Shown: in pieces, positions 48,145 through 57,109 of the stretch
Numbering within the stretch: the first letter of the stretch is position 1
Layout of the letters: each line of letters starts with the position of its first letter
IMG/VR virus record: IMGVR_UViG_3300030332_001481
Location: 3,486 to 67,485 of that record
From: a virus
Taxonomy: Duplodnaviria > Heunggongvirae > Uroviricota > Caudoviricetes
Reading direction: 5' to 3' (one strand)
Length of the DNA: 64,000 bases
Translations under genes and position numbers: made by a program
Notes under the pieces: generated by a model
The model's database searches: none
What the model saw: the letters and a program-made list of their open reading frames with translations, nothing else
Told to the model about the DNA's origin: nothing

Positions 48145-48719
48145 AGCGGGTTCAGGAGCTTGATTCGGACGTTTGGCTGCGCGGCGTCGTAGCGGCAAAG
48201 CTGCGAACGACTCCTTCGGATCCGCGTATTCGCAACTCTAGTCGTGAGGAGCTTGAAACCTCCCTCATCTTCTTCCAATGGGAGGAAGACAACTGGTTCA
48301 ATCGCTGGGAGAGGATGTTGGGTCTGTCTTGGACTGCAGAGGACCTGAAGCAGTTTGCAGCTTCAGCACGCGCAGAGGCTGGTGTCGCAACTCCAGACGA
48401 TGTCCAGTATTTGGAGGCAGCTCCGAACTCCACCGTACGAATCCCGTTGGCTTTCCTCGTTAGACCCGAGATCATCGAGATGCTCCAGAAGCGAGCTGCT
48501 CCGGAGCTGGGCGGCAAGGACGGCATGAGCCACGTTGACGCCGATGCCATCTCCCTTTCTACTGTCTCTAAGGAGCAGTTCCTAGAGAGACTTGGGCAGA
48601 GGGTGGCTGATCCTTGGTTATCTTCAAAGGGCAAAGATCAGTTCGATCCGGCCCATGAATCCAGGGTTAAGTCTGGCTTTGGCGAAGGACGAAGCCGCAG
48701 GCTTGGCGACCGAAGGTGA
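48135..48719 (+). CDS. gpT-like frameshift extension (gpGT fusion of about 462 aa)
   Basis: The -1 frame reads FTLERVQELDSDVWLRG...WFNRWER straight into the track ORF at 48315 with no stop. Confidence 0.75.
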   Translation, partial: FTLERVQELDSDVWLRGVVAAKLRTTPSDPRIRNSSREELETSLIFFQWEEDNWFNRWERMLGLSWTAEDLKQFAASARAEAGVATPDDVQYLEAAPNSTVRIPLAFLVRPEIIEMLQKRAAPELGGKDGMSHVDADAISLSTVSKEQFLERLGQRVADPWLSSKGKDQFDPAHESRVKSGFGEGRSRRLGDRR

Positions 48720-48743
48720 TTCTTACTAGTGAGACTATGAGAC

Positions 48744-51059
48744 GTGCCCCGCAATCCATTTGACAACGGAAACCGCACAAATCGGGCTGCGGCGGCACAG
48801 TCTCGTGCCCTAGAGAGGGCAGCCAAGAGCCTTGAGGCCTCCATGCGGGGCCAGATTCAGACCCAGAACGATCTGACGGCTGCACGCTCAGTAAGTACAC
48901 AGCGGCATCTCCAAGAGCTTGAGTCCCTGCGCAAGTCCTTAGGGGCACAACAGTCTTCCCTCCGCGACCTTGATGCTCATAGGGCCAAGTACCACGACGA
49001 GGAGATGAAAAGGTCGTCGACCCTCCTCCAGCGGTACGAGACCATCAAGCAGGCCCTGAAGGAACTACAGGAGGACTTCAGTGACACCTCCACCATCGTA
49101 GGCTCTTTCATGACTCCGTTCCGTGAGGGAACGGAGAACATGCTCAAGTTCGGGGAATTACCTAAGGTCTCACGAGGGATTCGTGACCTCGACGCGGACT
49201 TTGGTGATCTTGGTGGTACGGCCTCACGCGCAGCAGGTCAACTTGGCGACTTTGGCTCGGCTGCTCTAGACGTCCTACCTGCTCAGCTTCAGTACAAGGC
49301 ATCTCTCGACGACCTAGACGTGAGTCTCAACCGTATCAACACCCGTGTGGGTGGGAATATCGAAGAGACTCGCAAGATGGCCCGTACCTTCACGGACATG
49401 GCGAGAATCGACATCGTCAGTCCTGGGGCTGTGGCCGAGGTGGAGAAGGTCACCGAGACTCTCAAGTTTCTGGAGCTACAGGGACTCGACACGGGCGACT
49501 CTATGCGCTTTGTGACCGAGCAGTCCCGCCGTACAGGTAAGGACTTCTCTGAGAGTGCCGAGGACCTTGAGGTATTTTCTGCGCAGTCTACGCTACTTCA
49601 CCAGCGTCTCGGTGAGACGAACAACAACCTCAAGGGACTGACGTTCACTGTACGCACAGGCTTCATTCAGGCGATGCAGGAAGCCACCAGAAACCTGACT
49701 AGCCAGACGCACCAGGTTGAGGCTGTCGGGTCTGCGTACGTCTATGCAGCCAGTAAAATGGCGGACTACGGTCTCGCTGCGAAGGGAATCGAGTCCACCT
49801 CCAAGGCGTTTGGGGACTTCCTGTTCACTGAGCGTCAAGACGCCAACACGTTCTTGGCCGGCGGCGAGATGAGTTCAGAGCTTCTTGATCGTTTCAAGGA
49901 GCTGAAGGACTCAGGGCAGAACACACCGGACATCGAGGCCCAGCTTGCTCGTGAGTGGTTTGGCGTGGAAGACGCAGACTCCTCACAGCTTGAGGCCATT
50001 CGAGAGTCCTTGAGCGCGGCCCGTGAGGGAGGCCTAGGTCAGGTCGACGTGGCAAACATGCTCATGACGACGGAGAAGGGCATCGAGTCTCGCCTCAACT
50101 CACTTAGTAACATGCTGAGTGGGACAGACACCTCCACCCACCAGCGCCTGCTTCAGAACAACTTCGGGGTGAACCTGGAGACGTTCGAGGCTCGTAGATT
50201 CTCTCGCATGATGCAGGAGGGGCGCGGCGAGGAAGTGGCCAAGGAGATTGCCGAACTTAGGCAGGACTCCGAGCGGCTTGCCCAAGATCCCATGGACTTG
50301 GCCAAGGACACAGTTTCGGCCCTCAAGGCCCTCAACGACCCAGTGCAGACCCTCTTCAACATCAAAGACTACGTCAAGTCGATTGCTCTCAACATGAGCA
50401 ATATGATCAAGCTCGTCCAGACTATTCCTGGTGTTGACGAGCTGACAAACTTGTACAATGACTTCACAGGGGAAGCGCAGGGCCGCGACACCTCGGGTGA
50501 GATTGCGCGGCTACAGGACCAGGAGAAGGAGTCCACTCGAAATGTGGATCGCCTTGTCAAGGAGCTTCAGGAGTCTGACCTAGCCGTCCAGCGTGCACGT
50601 GAGTCAGGGAACACGGCCGACTTGAAGCAGGCCCAGGAGGCGTTTGGTGAGGCATTTGAACGCCACAACGCCGCCATCATGGAACGGGCATCTACAGCCA
50701 CCCAGATTGCGGAGACAGCAGCGGTAGAACAGTCCCGAGACTCTCTCCCGGATACTTCCATTCTGACGGAGATGGCCTCGGAGGCGTACGCCCACGCCCG
50801 CTCTTCCATGTCTATGCCCAGCTTACCTGAGATGGGTACATTGGCCGCGTTTGCCAACCCAGTCCATGCCGCAGCCACGTCAGGACTCGCCTCAGCCGCT
50901 AGACTTGCCGAAGGGGTCCTAGGAGGCGAGGGCGGCGGTCGTCTAGAGACCGACCCCAACGGGAACACCTGGGTTAACCTAAGGCTCCAGTTTCAGAACT
51001 TCAGTGAGGCCGTGGCCTACCACACACTTGACCAGCGCCTAAACAGCGCAACAGACTAA
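48744..51059 (+). CDS. Tape measure protein, 771 aa
   Basis: Long helical A/E/L/R-rich protein immediately after the G/GT chaperone. Confidence 0.8.
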   Translation: MPRNPFDNGNRTNRAAAAQSRALERAAKSLEASMRGQIQTQNDLTAARSVSTQRHLQELESLRKSLGAQQSSLRDLDAHRAKYHDEEMKRSSTLLQRYETIKQALKELQEDFSDTSTIVGSFMTPFREGTENMLKFGELPKVSRGIRDLDADFGDLGGTASRAAGQLGDFGSAALDVLPAQLQYKASLDDLDVSLNRINTRVGGNIEETRKMARTFTDMARIDIVSPGAVAEVEKVTETLKFLELQGLDTGDSMRFVTEQSRRTGKDFSESAEDLEVFSAQSTLLHQRLGETNNNLKGLTFTVRTGFIQAMQEATRNLTSQTHQVEAVGSAYVYAASKMADYGLAAKGIESTSKAFGDFLFTERQDANTFLAGGEMSSELLDRFKELKDSGQNTPDIEAQLAREWFGVEDADSSQLEAIRESLSAAREGGLGQVDVANMLMTTEKGIESRLNSLSNMLSGTDTSTHQRLLQNNFGVNLETFEARRFSRMMQEGRGEEVAKEIAELRQDSERLAQDPMDLAKDTVSALKALNDPVQTLFNIKDYVKSIALNMSNMIKLVQTIPGVDELTNLYNDFTGEAQGRDTSGEIARLQDQEKESTRNVDRLVKELQESDLAVQRARESGNTADLKQAQEAFGEAFERHNAAIMERASTATQIAETAAVEQSRDSLPDTSILTEMASEAYAHARSSMSMPSLPEMGTLAAFANPVHAAATSGLASAARLAEGVLGGEGGGRLETDPNGNTWVNLRLQFQNFSEAVAYHTLDQRLNSATD

Positions 51060-51078
51060 TCCAACGAGGTATTTAGAA

Positions 51079-51312
51079 ATGAGCGCTAAGCTACTAAAGT
51101 CACTAGCCATGGGGCAGTGCCACGTACGCAACGTATCCAACGGCGAGGTCATCGTCTACTGGAAGAATGACCGACTCCGCACAGATCATCTGACTGTATC
51201 ACCGCAGCAGGAAATCGACCTGACCAAGTATGCGTCTATCGCACAGCTTCGTAAGAGCCCAAACCTGAAGAACCTCTTCAGTCGGGGTCACCTTCGAATC
51301 GTCCCTGCGTAG
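51079..51312 (+). CDS. Hypothetical protein, 77 aa
   Basis: GAGG upstream; clean ORF. Confidence 0.65.
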   Translation: MSAKLLKSLAMGQCHVRNVSNGEVIVYWKNDRLRTDHLTVSPQQEIDLTKYASIAQLRKSPNLKNLFSRGHLRIVPA

Positions 51313-51317
51313 ATCAC

Positions 51318-51782
51318 GTGAGTAGTCCCGACTTTGTCGTCTGTTACATCGAGGGCAAGCAGTACCCCCGTGCTGCTTGCCATCGACACCATCTAGACCC
51401 TCGACACGCCGGGGGTTCAGACGACAGCGAGAACCTGGCGTGGCTCAGTGCTACAGCTCACCAGCTCGTGCACAGGGCCGCACAGATGATCAAGGCCAAG
51501 AAGCACGGGCACGCTCAGGACCTTGCCATGAGCGCCTACCCCTCCCCAGCGATGAGGCAGCGCTTCATGGCCGTGGTTCAGTCAGAGGTAGAGCACTCTG
51601 TAGAGGCCAAGGAGCAGGGAAAGGGGAAAAGCACCATCATCGTTGAGGTGCCTTTTCCCCGAGATGAATACGCACGACTCAAGCTTTTAGTTGCGGACCG
51701 CAGGGCCGGCGGCAAAAAGATGAGTATTCATGACTACATCGCTAGACTTGTGATGAACCACGTGAGATCTACCGGAGGGTAG
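51318..51782 (+). CDS. HNH-like domain fused to a putative ribbon-helix-helix domain
   Basis: HRHHLDPRHAGGSDDSENLAWLSATAHQLVH; C-terminal IIVEVPFPRDEYARLKLL...MSIHDYIARLV. Confidence 0.6.
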   Translation: MSSPDFVVCYIEGKQYPRAACHRHHLDPRHAGGSDDSENLAWLSATAHQLVHRAAQMIKAKKHGHAQDLAMSAYPSPAMRQRFMAVVQSEVEHSVEAKEQGKGKSTIIVEVPFPRDEYARLKLLVADRRAGGKKMSIHDYIARLVMNHVRSTGG

Positions 51783-51804
51783 TTCCGGGTTATTTGGGGG
51801 CTGT

Positions 51805-52116
51805 ATGGCCAACTTCAACAGGCTAACACTTACGATTGTGGCGGTTCAAGCAACCATTGACAAGCGCCACTATGCCGCAGTGTACCTGGGAGACGATCCT
51901 GAGGGCAACAACTTCTTCAAGATCTACCTAAACGGCAAGCCCGTCTCGGTCATCAAGTGGAATCGTAGAGCCCAGGCGTTCTCAGGCCTTCAGTGGACTG
52001 TCTACGCACGCAACCAGAACCTCCAGGAGAGTTTCGTGTGGCCCAATGAGATCCGCAAGAAGCTGCACCGTAAACTAACCCAGGGCACACTCTTCCGTAT
52101 GGTCAAGATCCGCTGA
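51805..52116 (+). CDS. Hypothetical protein, 103 aa
   Basis: Clean ORF. Confidence 0.65.
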   Translation: MANFNRLTLTIVAVQATIDKRHYAAVYLGDDPEGNNFFKIYLNGKPVSVIKWNRRAQAFSGLQWTVYARNQNLQESFVWPNEIRKKLHRKLTQGTLFRMVKIR

Positions 52117-52124
52117 GGTAGTTC

Positions 52125-52601
52125 GTGAAAGTCACAAGAAGCCTTACAGAGACCCCCTTCGCTGGGGTCTTCGACGTTAAACCTGAAGCTCGACTACTCT
52201 ACTTTGAGTCCTTGCTCCGGGAGTACGTCTTCGCCTGCCGTGCGGGGGGGCGCTCGATGCCCCCTAGCGCCTTCCTATTCAGTGAGACAGAGTCGCACTT
52301 CTTCAACGGTCTGGAGTTCTCCACGCCAGCGTCCTTCCTAGAGGCCATTCGCTTCCACGCCGCTGACCTGGACTGCTCCCTGTGCTGCATCGCGGCCGAG
52401 GTGGGAAACCCTGCCCAGGACGATCCTATCGTAGTCTTCGAGGTGTCTACTCCCGACGATAGAGCTAAGGGTGCTTTCGAGGTCTCCTCCCCCCAGGGAA
52501 TTCTGGTCGGAGATCAGTGGGAGATGATCCTCGCCAGCGGCAAGGACTTCGTCGCGGTTGGAGTAGACCAGTTCATGGGGGATGTCTTTGCTTCCCTCTG
52601 A
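52125..52601 (+). CDS. Hypothetical protein, 158 aa
   Basis: Clean ORF overlapping the next gene. Confidence 0.6.
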   Translation: MKVTRSLTETPFAGVFDVKPEARLLYFESLLREYVFACRAGGRSMPPSAFLFSETESHFFNGLEFSTPASFLEAIRFHAADLDCSLCCIAAEVGNPAQDDPIVVFEVSTPDDRAKGAFEVSSPQGILVGDQWEMILASGKDFVAVGVDQFMGDVFASL

Positions 52602-54105
52602 TGATTCCTTTGAGGAACTGCGGCACCGACTGACCAGTGGGAAGTACGATAGAGCGAGGGAGCAGGTCTTTGACCATATCTACTCCCACCGCTCCGCCTC
52701 CCTACTTCAGACTTACCTGAACAAGGGTCTCCATGTCCCTCAGGTGCTGTCCTGTATCAGTGATGTTGTCTTCGACGAAGACTGCTCCACTGCTATGGTG
52801 GATTTGCATACGAGAATCGTCTCTCTTGGGATTGAGTTCGTACTTGAGCACGTAAGAGGGTGGGAGGACCTATACTTCATCCTTTTTCACGAGCGTGGTC
52901 ACGTCCTGATTGACCGGCTCTACCGGTCTCGAATGGACAGCTTCCAGTCGTTCGCTTTCGCGAACGGGTGGGAGGACCTCTACATCAACAACATGATACT
53001 GCTGTTCTTCGACAGCTCGTTTTGTCGGGAGTTCTACGCGGAAGCTGACGACGAGGATTTCCGCCTATTGCTGCAGCAGCGTTTCTCAACGTGGTGCTAC
53101 ACGATCAGGTCATCGACTAAGATGAGTCCCGAGCTGATCAGCCGGTTCAACTCAATACACAACAAACTTCCTAAGGGGAAGACCAACTTCTTTTCGTTGA
53201 AGTGCTCGTACCCCGCGTGGATGGAACTAGGCCTACAAGTAGAGAAGCTGTACGGAGGAAAGAACGCCTCCATGAGTACAATCGACTCCCATGGCGGTCT
53301 ACTCCCTTCGGGCAGTTCAACGGAACAGGAGGAGGAGGAAGCACCGCTCCAAGCTGACATTGACCGCCAGGCGAAGATGCGTGCTGTAGAAGCAGGCGTA
53401 TCAACCCGTGGTATGAAGGGCACACCCATACCTAAGCCGCCGAAGGTCGACCCCATCGTACTGACTGCCCTTCAGTCCTTTCCGAAGGAAGCACTCCCCG
53501 CAGGGATGCAGTCGCTGATCTCTCCAAATCAGGTCCTGGAGCAGACTGATGCGTTCATTCGGAGTGAACTCGTACCTGTAGTACAAGATGCCGTTCTGGC
53601 AGAAGAGGGGGAGTTCGGAAAAACCGGCATGCTAACAAGCCTTTCCCGCTCAGAGGCCTTACTGCTGTCCTCGGGGATCATCCCTCTCTACTGGGACACT
53701 CATGTAGAGGGAAAGGTAGTCAAGTATCGTCTGTATGTGGACGTGTCAGGGTCTATGCAGGACTACTGGGGCTTGGTCCCTCTCATTTACTCTTCCTTGC
53801 ACAGCCATGTAAACGAGTACTACCAGTTCTCTGGAAGGGTCGTTCCGAGTAGCCCCACTGACACCATTCTAGTACACAACATGGGCACGAATTACGAGGC
53901 AGTTGCGTCGCACATGCTCCGGGACGGAGTAACACACGCAATTGTTGTTACGGACAACACAGACAGTATTTCCAGCAGTCAGAGAGAAGACCTCTCCCGG
54001 CAGCTAAGCTCCCTGATCCTACTGGAAACCAACCCCGTCGGTAAACGTGGTGGATTCAACGCCATTGCCCACACGCGGTTACTTCTCCCGTCTCTTGGCG
54101 ACTAA
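52582..54105 (+). CDS. DUF2201-like HExxH metallopeptidase domain plus C-terminal vWA (MIDAS) domain
   Basis: ILFHERGHV; LYVDVSGSM (DxSxS); AIVVTDN. Confidence 0.8.
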   Translation: MSLLPSDDSFEELRHRLTSGKYDRAREQVFDHIYSHRSASLLQTYLNKGLHVPQVLSCISDVVFDEDCSTAMVDLHTRIVSLGIEFVLEHVRGWEDLYFILFHERGHVLIDRLYRSRMDSFQSFAFANGWEDLYINNMILLFFDSSFCREFYAEADDEDFRLLLQQRFSTWCYTIRSSTKMSPELISRFNSIHNKLPKGKTNFFSLKCSYPAWMELGLQVEKLYGGKNASMSTIDSHGGLLPSGSSTEQEEEEAPLQADIDRQAKMRAVEAGVSTRGMKGTPIPKPPKVDPIVLTALQSFPKEALPAGMQSLISPNQVLEQTDAFIRSELVPVVQDAVLAEEGEFGKTGMLTSLSRSEALLLSSGIIPLYWDTHVEGKVVKYRLYVDVSGSMQDYWGLVPLIYSSLHSHVNEYYQFSGRVVPSSPTDTILVHNMGTNYEAVASHMLRDGVTHAIVVTDNTDSISSSQREDLSRQLSSLILLETNPVGKRGGFNAIAHTRLLLPSLGD

Positions 54106-54111
54106 CTTACC

Positions 54112-55335
54112 ATGACTGAATTAGCTCTATCCAACTTGGGCATCTTGGGATGGGAGGACATCCAGGCTCAAATTCTGGTAGCCCTGTTGGCCAACCAGCC
54201 GATCTTGCTCATTGGTCCTCAAGGGTTGAACAAGACTGATGGACCGCACCTACTGGCACAGGCAGCGTTGGGAGATCGTAATTGTAGGTTCGCCTCTTAT
54301 GACACCAACCTGATCACCACTGACGACCTTCTAGGGTTCGCAGACCCAAACAAGCTCCAGAATGGAGAGTTCGGGCATATACACACCCCCCAAACTATCT
54401 GGGACAAGGACGCGGTGCTACTCGACGAGATCAACCGCGCCTCCATGTTTTCTGTGGGCAAGGTCATGGAGATCATCCGGGCTCGTCGCGTCATGGGTGT
54501 GCCGCTCCCCTTGAAGTTCGTGTTCGCAGCACTCAACCCACCGGGAGACTTCGAGACGAGGTACCTCGACCTCGCTGCGGCTTCCCGCTTCGTCTGTGTT
54601 CGGGTGCCAAGTGCCTCCTCCATGGAGTCAGTGACCCTGATGGACATCTTCACGATGCAGTCCAACCCCGTCGCTGACGAAGCGCTGCACGATTTCCATC
54701 AGTCATTCACTCGTGCTCGTAGCGTTGTGCACGACAGCCACGCCTGGCAAACTGCCGCAGGGTGCGTTGTGGCGTTCGTGCGTAAGCTTTACGAGGAGAC
54801 CAAGGTCGATGTCAGCCCCAGACAGGGCAGATCGATGACTCGCATGCTACTTGCATGTGAGGCACTTAGCACCACGTGTCGTTTTCTCGTGACAGACGCT
54901 AGCAAGGCTGCTATCCTTGCGTCCATGGTGCCGGAGGGGTTCGGCATCTGCCGTAAGTCCGTCCCTTACGACAAGGTTGTCCATACCGCACGAGAGGTAG
55001 TCGTCGGCTACAAGCGACGAGATCCTCTAGTCACCTCGACTACCTTGACCGAGTTGGTGTCTTCGGATATCCAAGACAAGGTTGCATGGGGCCAACATGT
55101 TAAAGACATGTTGGGTTCTAAGTCGAGTTTCCAAGAAGTGCGAGAGTTTGTCGTTGCCCTGACATCCCGATGTAGGGATGACAGTCAATTCCTTGACACG
55201 GCTACGTTCAATGCGTTAATGCAGTTGGCCTTTGAACGCCTGCTTCGTGAGAGCAATGGACCTATGGTGTCGCTGACTTTCGATCGTGAAGAGCTACTTC
55301 CGATCATTCAGCAGTTTGGGGATGGGAACACATGA
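54112..55335 (+). CDS. MoxR-like AAA+ ATPase
   Basis: LLIGPQGLNKT (Walker A variant), VLLDEINRA (Walker B), FAALNP, LDLAAASRF, VSPRQ. Confidence 0.88.
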   Translation: MTELALSNLGILGWEDIQAQILVALLANQPILLIGPQGLNKTDGPHLLAQAALGDRNCRFASYDTNLITTDDLLGFADPNKLQNGEFGHIHTPQTIWDKDAVLLDEINRASMFSVGKVMEIIRARRVMGVPLPLKFVFAALNPPGDFETRYLDLAAASRFVCVRVPSASSMESVTLMDIFTMQSNPVADEALHDFHQSFTRARSVVHDSHAWQTAAGCVVAFVRKLYEETKVDVSPRQGRSMTRMLLACEALSTTCRFLVTDASKAAILASMVPEGFGICRKSVPYDKVVHTAREVVVGYKRRDPLVTSTTLTELVSSDIQDKVAWGQHVKDMLGSKSSFQEVREFVVALTSRCRDDSQFLDTATFNALMQLAFERLLRESNGPMVSLTFDREELLPIIQQFGDGNT

Positions 55336-55898
55336 TCGTAGCTTCACCTAAACTGAGTGCTCTCACTTCGGCGGCGAAGTCCAATTCCAAGCTGTCTTAC
55401 GTCAAGCTCCCTGTCGCCACTGTTGCTTCGAAGGCGCAGCTTCGGCTTCCCATCGTTAAATTCGATACACCAAAGTCTCGCTCCGCGGCACCCAAAGTGC
55501 CTGTGTGTGACGAATACGTAGTGCTAGTGGCGGGTAAGCTTGTTCGTTCGGATCTGGAAGGCATCTATACTGTCGAGGTCTTCAAAGACAAGGTCCGTGT
55601 ACTCACGGACGACCCGACGGCGTGTACCATGCCGCTCTCGAAACAGAAGGAGCTGTACGACAGGCACGGCTTGGCCTTCCTCTTCGGGTCTGCCCCAGAG
55701 GGGCTGGGACTGGACCTTCGTTCCAAATTCACGCGAATTATCGTTGCACCCACCTTGCAGGATTACCGCGATGCTGGTATAGCTCACCTCCTGCTTCGGA
55801 ACCTCGTGCCATCCGCTAAGGTCTTCCGCAACCAGCTTCGTCTGAAGGACAACTCACTCTACACGCCAGATTTCTACCGCCTCTTGGTCGGGGAGTAG
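55332..55898 (+). CDS. Hypothetical protein, 188 aa
   Basis: ATGA coupling to the AAA gene. Confidence 0.65.
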   Translation: MIVASPKLSALTSAAKSNSKLSYVKLPVATVASKAQLRLPIVKFDTPKSRSAAPKVPVCDEYVVLVAGKLVRSDLEGIYTVEVFKDKVRVLTDDPTACTMPLSKQKELYDRHGLAFLFGSAPEGLGLDLRSKFTRIIVAPTLQDYRDAGIAHLLLRNLVPSAKVFRNQLRLKDNSLYTPDFYRLLVGE

Positions 55899-55912
55899 AC
55901 GTTACAGTCACA

Positions 55913-57046
55913 GTGCCTCTGCAGGCACGGAAAGAGCTAGGTCGAAACTTCATGATGTTAGATCGTCTTGTGCCGTATTTCGAGGGGCTCACTCGAAAAG
56001 AAAAGAAGCTGGCCAGGAGAGCCATTGCTCACCACATTCTTATCGAGGACTACCGCAAGTACTGTGCTCTCATAAAGGAGCTTCCTTCCGGGGCACTTGA
56101 GTTGTTCAAGACTGAGGTTCGCGAGTACCTGAAGCACTCGTTTGAGTCCCGCTGTATCTGGCGAGCTGTCTATGCTTCCATCTCTGTCAACGACCTGGCT
56201 ATCAGCCAAGCCGCTTCGAAATTCAATGTGTCGTTGCGTGACATCGCGTTTCTGTGGAACGCCTTGGAGGGGGAGGATCGGGAGAAGATCAGGGAATTCT
56301 CCCAGAAGGAGTCCTCCTGGGAATTCCTCTCTCCTCAGGAGATGTCGAAGCTGGTCAGTGATGTCAACCGCCACATTGGCAAGGTCAGTTACTTCAAGCT
56401 CCGGTTCATCAAGGACAACGACAACGGGGTGAGTCAGGAGGATCTCGCCGCGGAGCTGATGCGGCAGGCCATGTACGTCATCCGGCGCTACGAGCACACT
56501 GGTAACGTGGCTCTCGTGCGTAACTACGCCAAGCAGGCCGTTAGCAACCACGCCATCAATCTGATCCATCACCACACCTCGGAGTCGCGGTCCAAGGTAC
56601 AAAATAACACCACCGGCTGCGGTACCTGCATCTACTGCCTCTCGCAGAAGCCCCAGCGGTGCTACCACGACGTCGCCACCTATCGTGTACGGAACTTCTC
56701 TTTGGATTCCTCGGTAGACCAGGGCGACACCACCGAGTACTCGCCGGCCCCGACTCTTCCGTGTGACGACATCAGTGTGGAGGAAAAGGTATCCAACCAG
56801 GAGTACCTGGACACGCTCCGACAGCAGCTCAGCTCTAACGCCGCGCGGATGGTCAACGTCGTCACTGGTGGGTACGACAATGATTTCGAGGGGTGGCTCA
56901 GTGACAGCTATGAGGCCTCTGTAGAGGACTACAGCAGCAACCCTCGAAAACTGGTAAAGGCTTTCAGTGAGTATATCGGGTCCGGTGACGAGTTGATTCA
57001 TGAGATCCAGCGTCGTTTCCGTGCCCTTGAGCAGGTCGCGCTGTAA
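55913..57046 (+). CDS. Divergent sigma70-like transcription factor with a Cys4 insertion
   Basis: Region 2-like SQEDLAAELMRQAMYVIRRY...NYAKQAVSNHAINLI; SLD; region 4-like LRQQLSSNAARMVNV. Confidence 0.6.
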   Translation: MPLQARKELGRNFMMLDRLVPYFEGLTRKEKKLARRAIAHHILIEDYRKYCALIKELPSGALELFKTEVREYLKHSFESRCIWRAVYASISVNDLAISQAASKFNVSLRDIAFLWNALEGEDREKIREFSQKESSWEFLSPQEMSKLVSDVNRHIGKVSYFKLRFIKDNDNGVSQEDLAAELMRQAMYVIRRYEHTGNVALVRNYAKQAVSNHAINLIHHHTSESRSKVQNNTTGCGTCIYCLSQKPQRCYHDVATYRVRNFSLDSSVDQGDTTEYSPAPTLPCDDISVEEKVSNQEYLDTLRQQLSSNAARMVNVVTGGYDNDFEGWLSDSYEASVEDYSSNPRKLVKAFSEYIGSGDELIHEIQRRFRALEQVAL

Positions 57047-57109
57047 AAGCTGCATACCACTAATAAAGGTCTCCCCACTGAGAGTGGGGGCAAGCCGGAA
57101 TAGAGCTTA

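Noticed and set aside
38888-51059. eCIS or tailocin rather than a phage
   Set aside because: Embedded replication, topoisomerase, sigma and nucleotide-metabolism genes argue for a replicating phage
55958-57055. 365-aa minus-strand ORF
   Set aside because: Exactly antisense to the sigma-like gene, V/L/G-biased shadow composition, no motif
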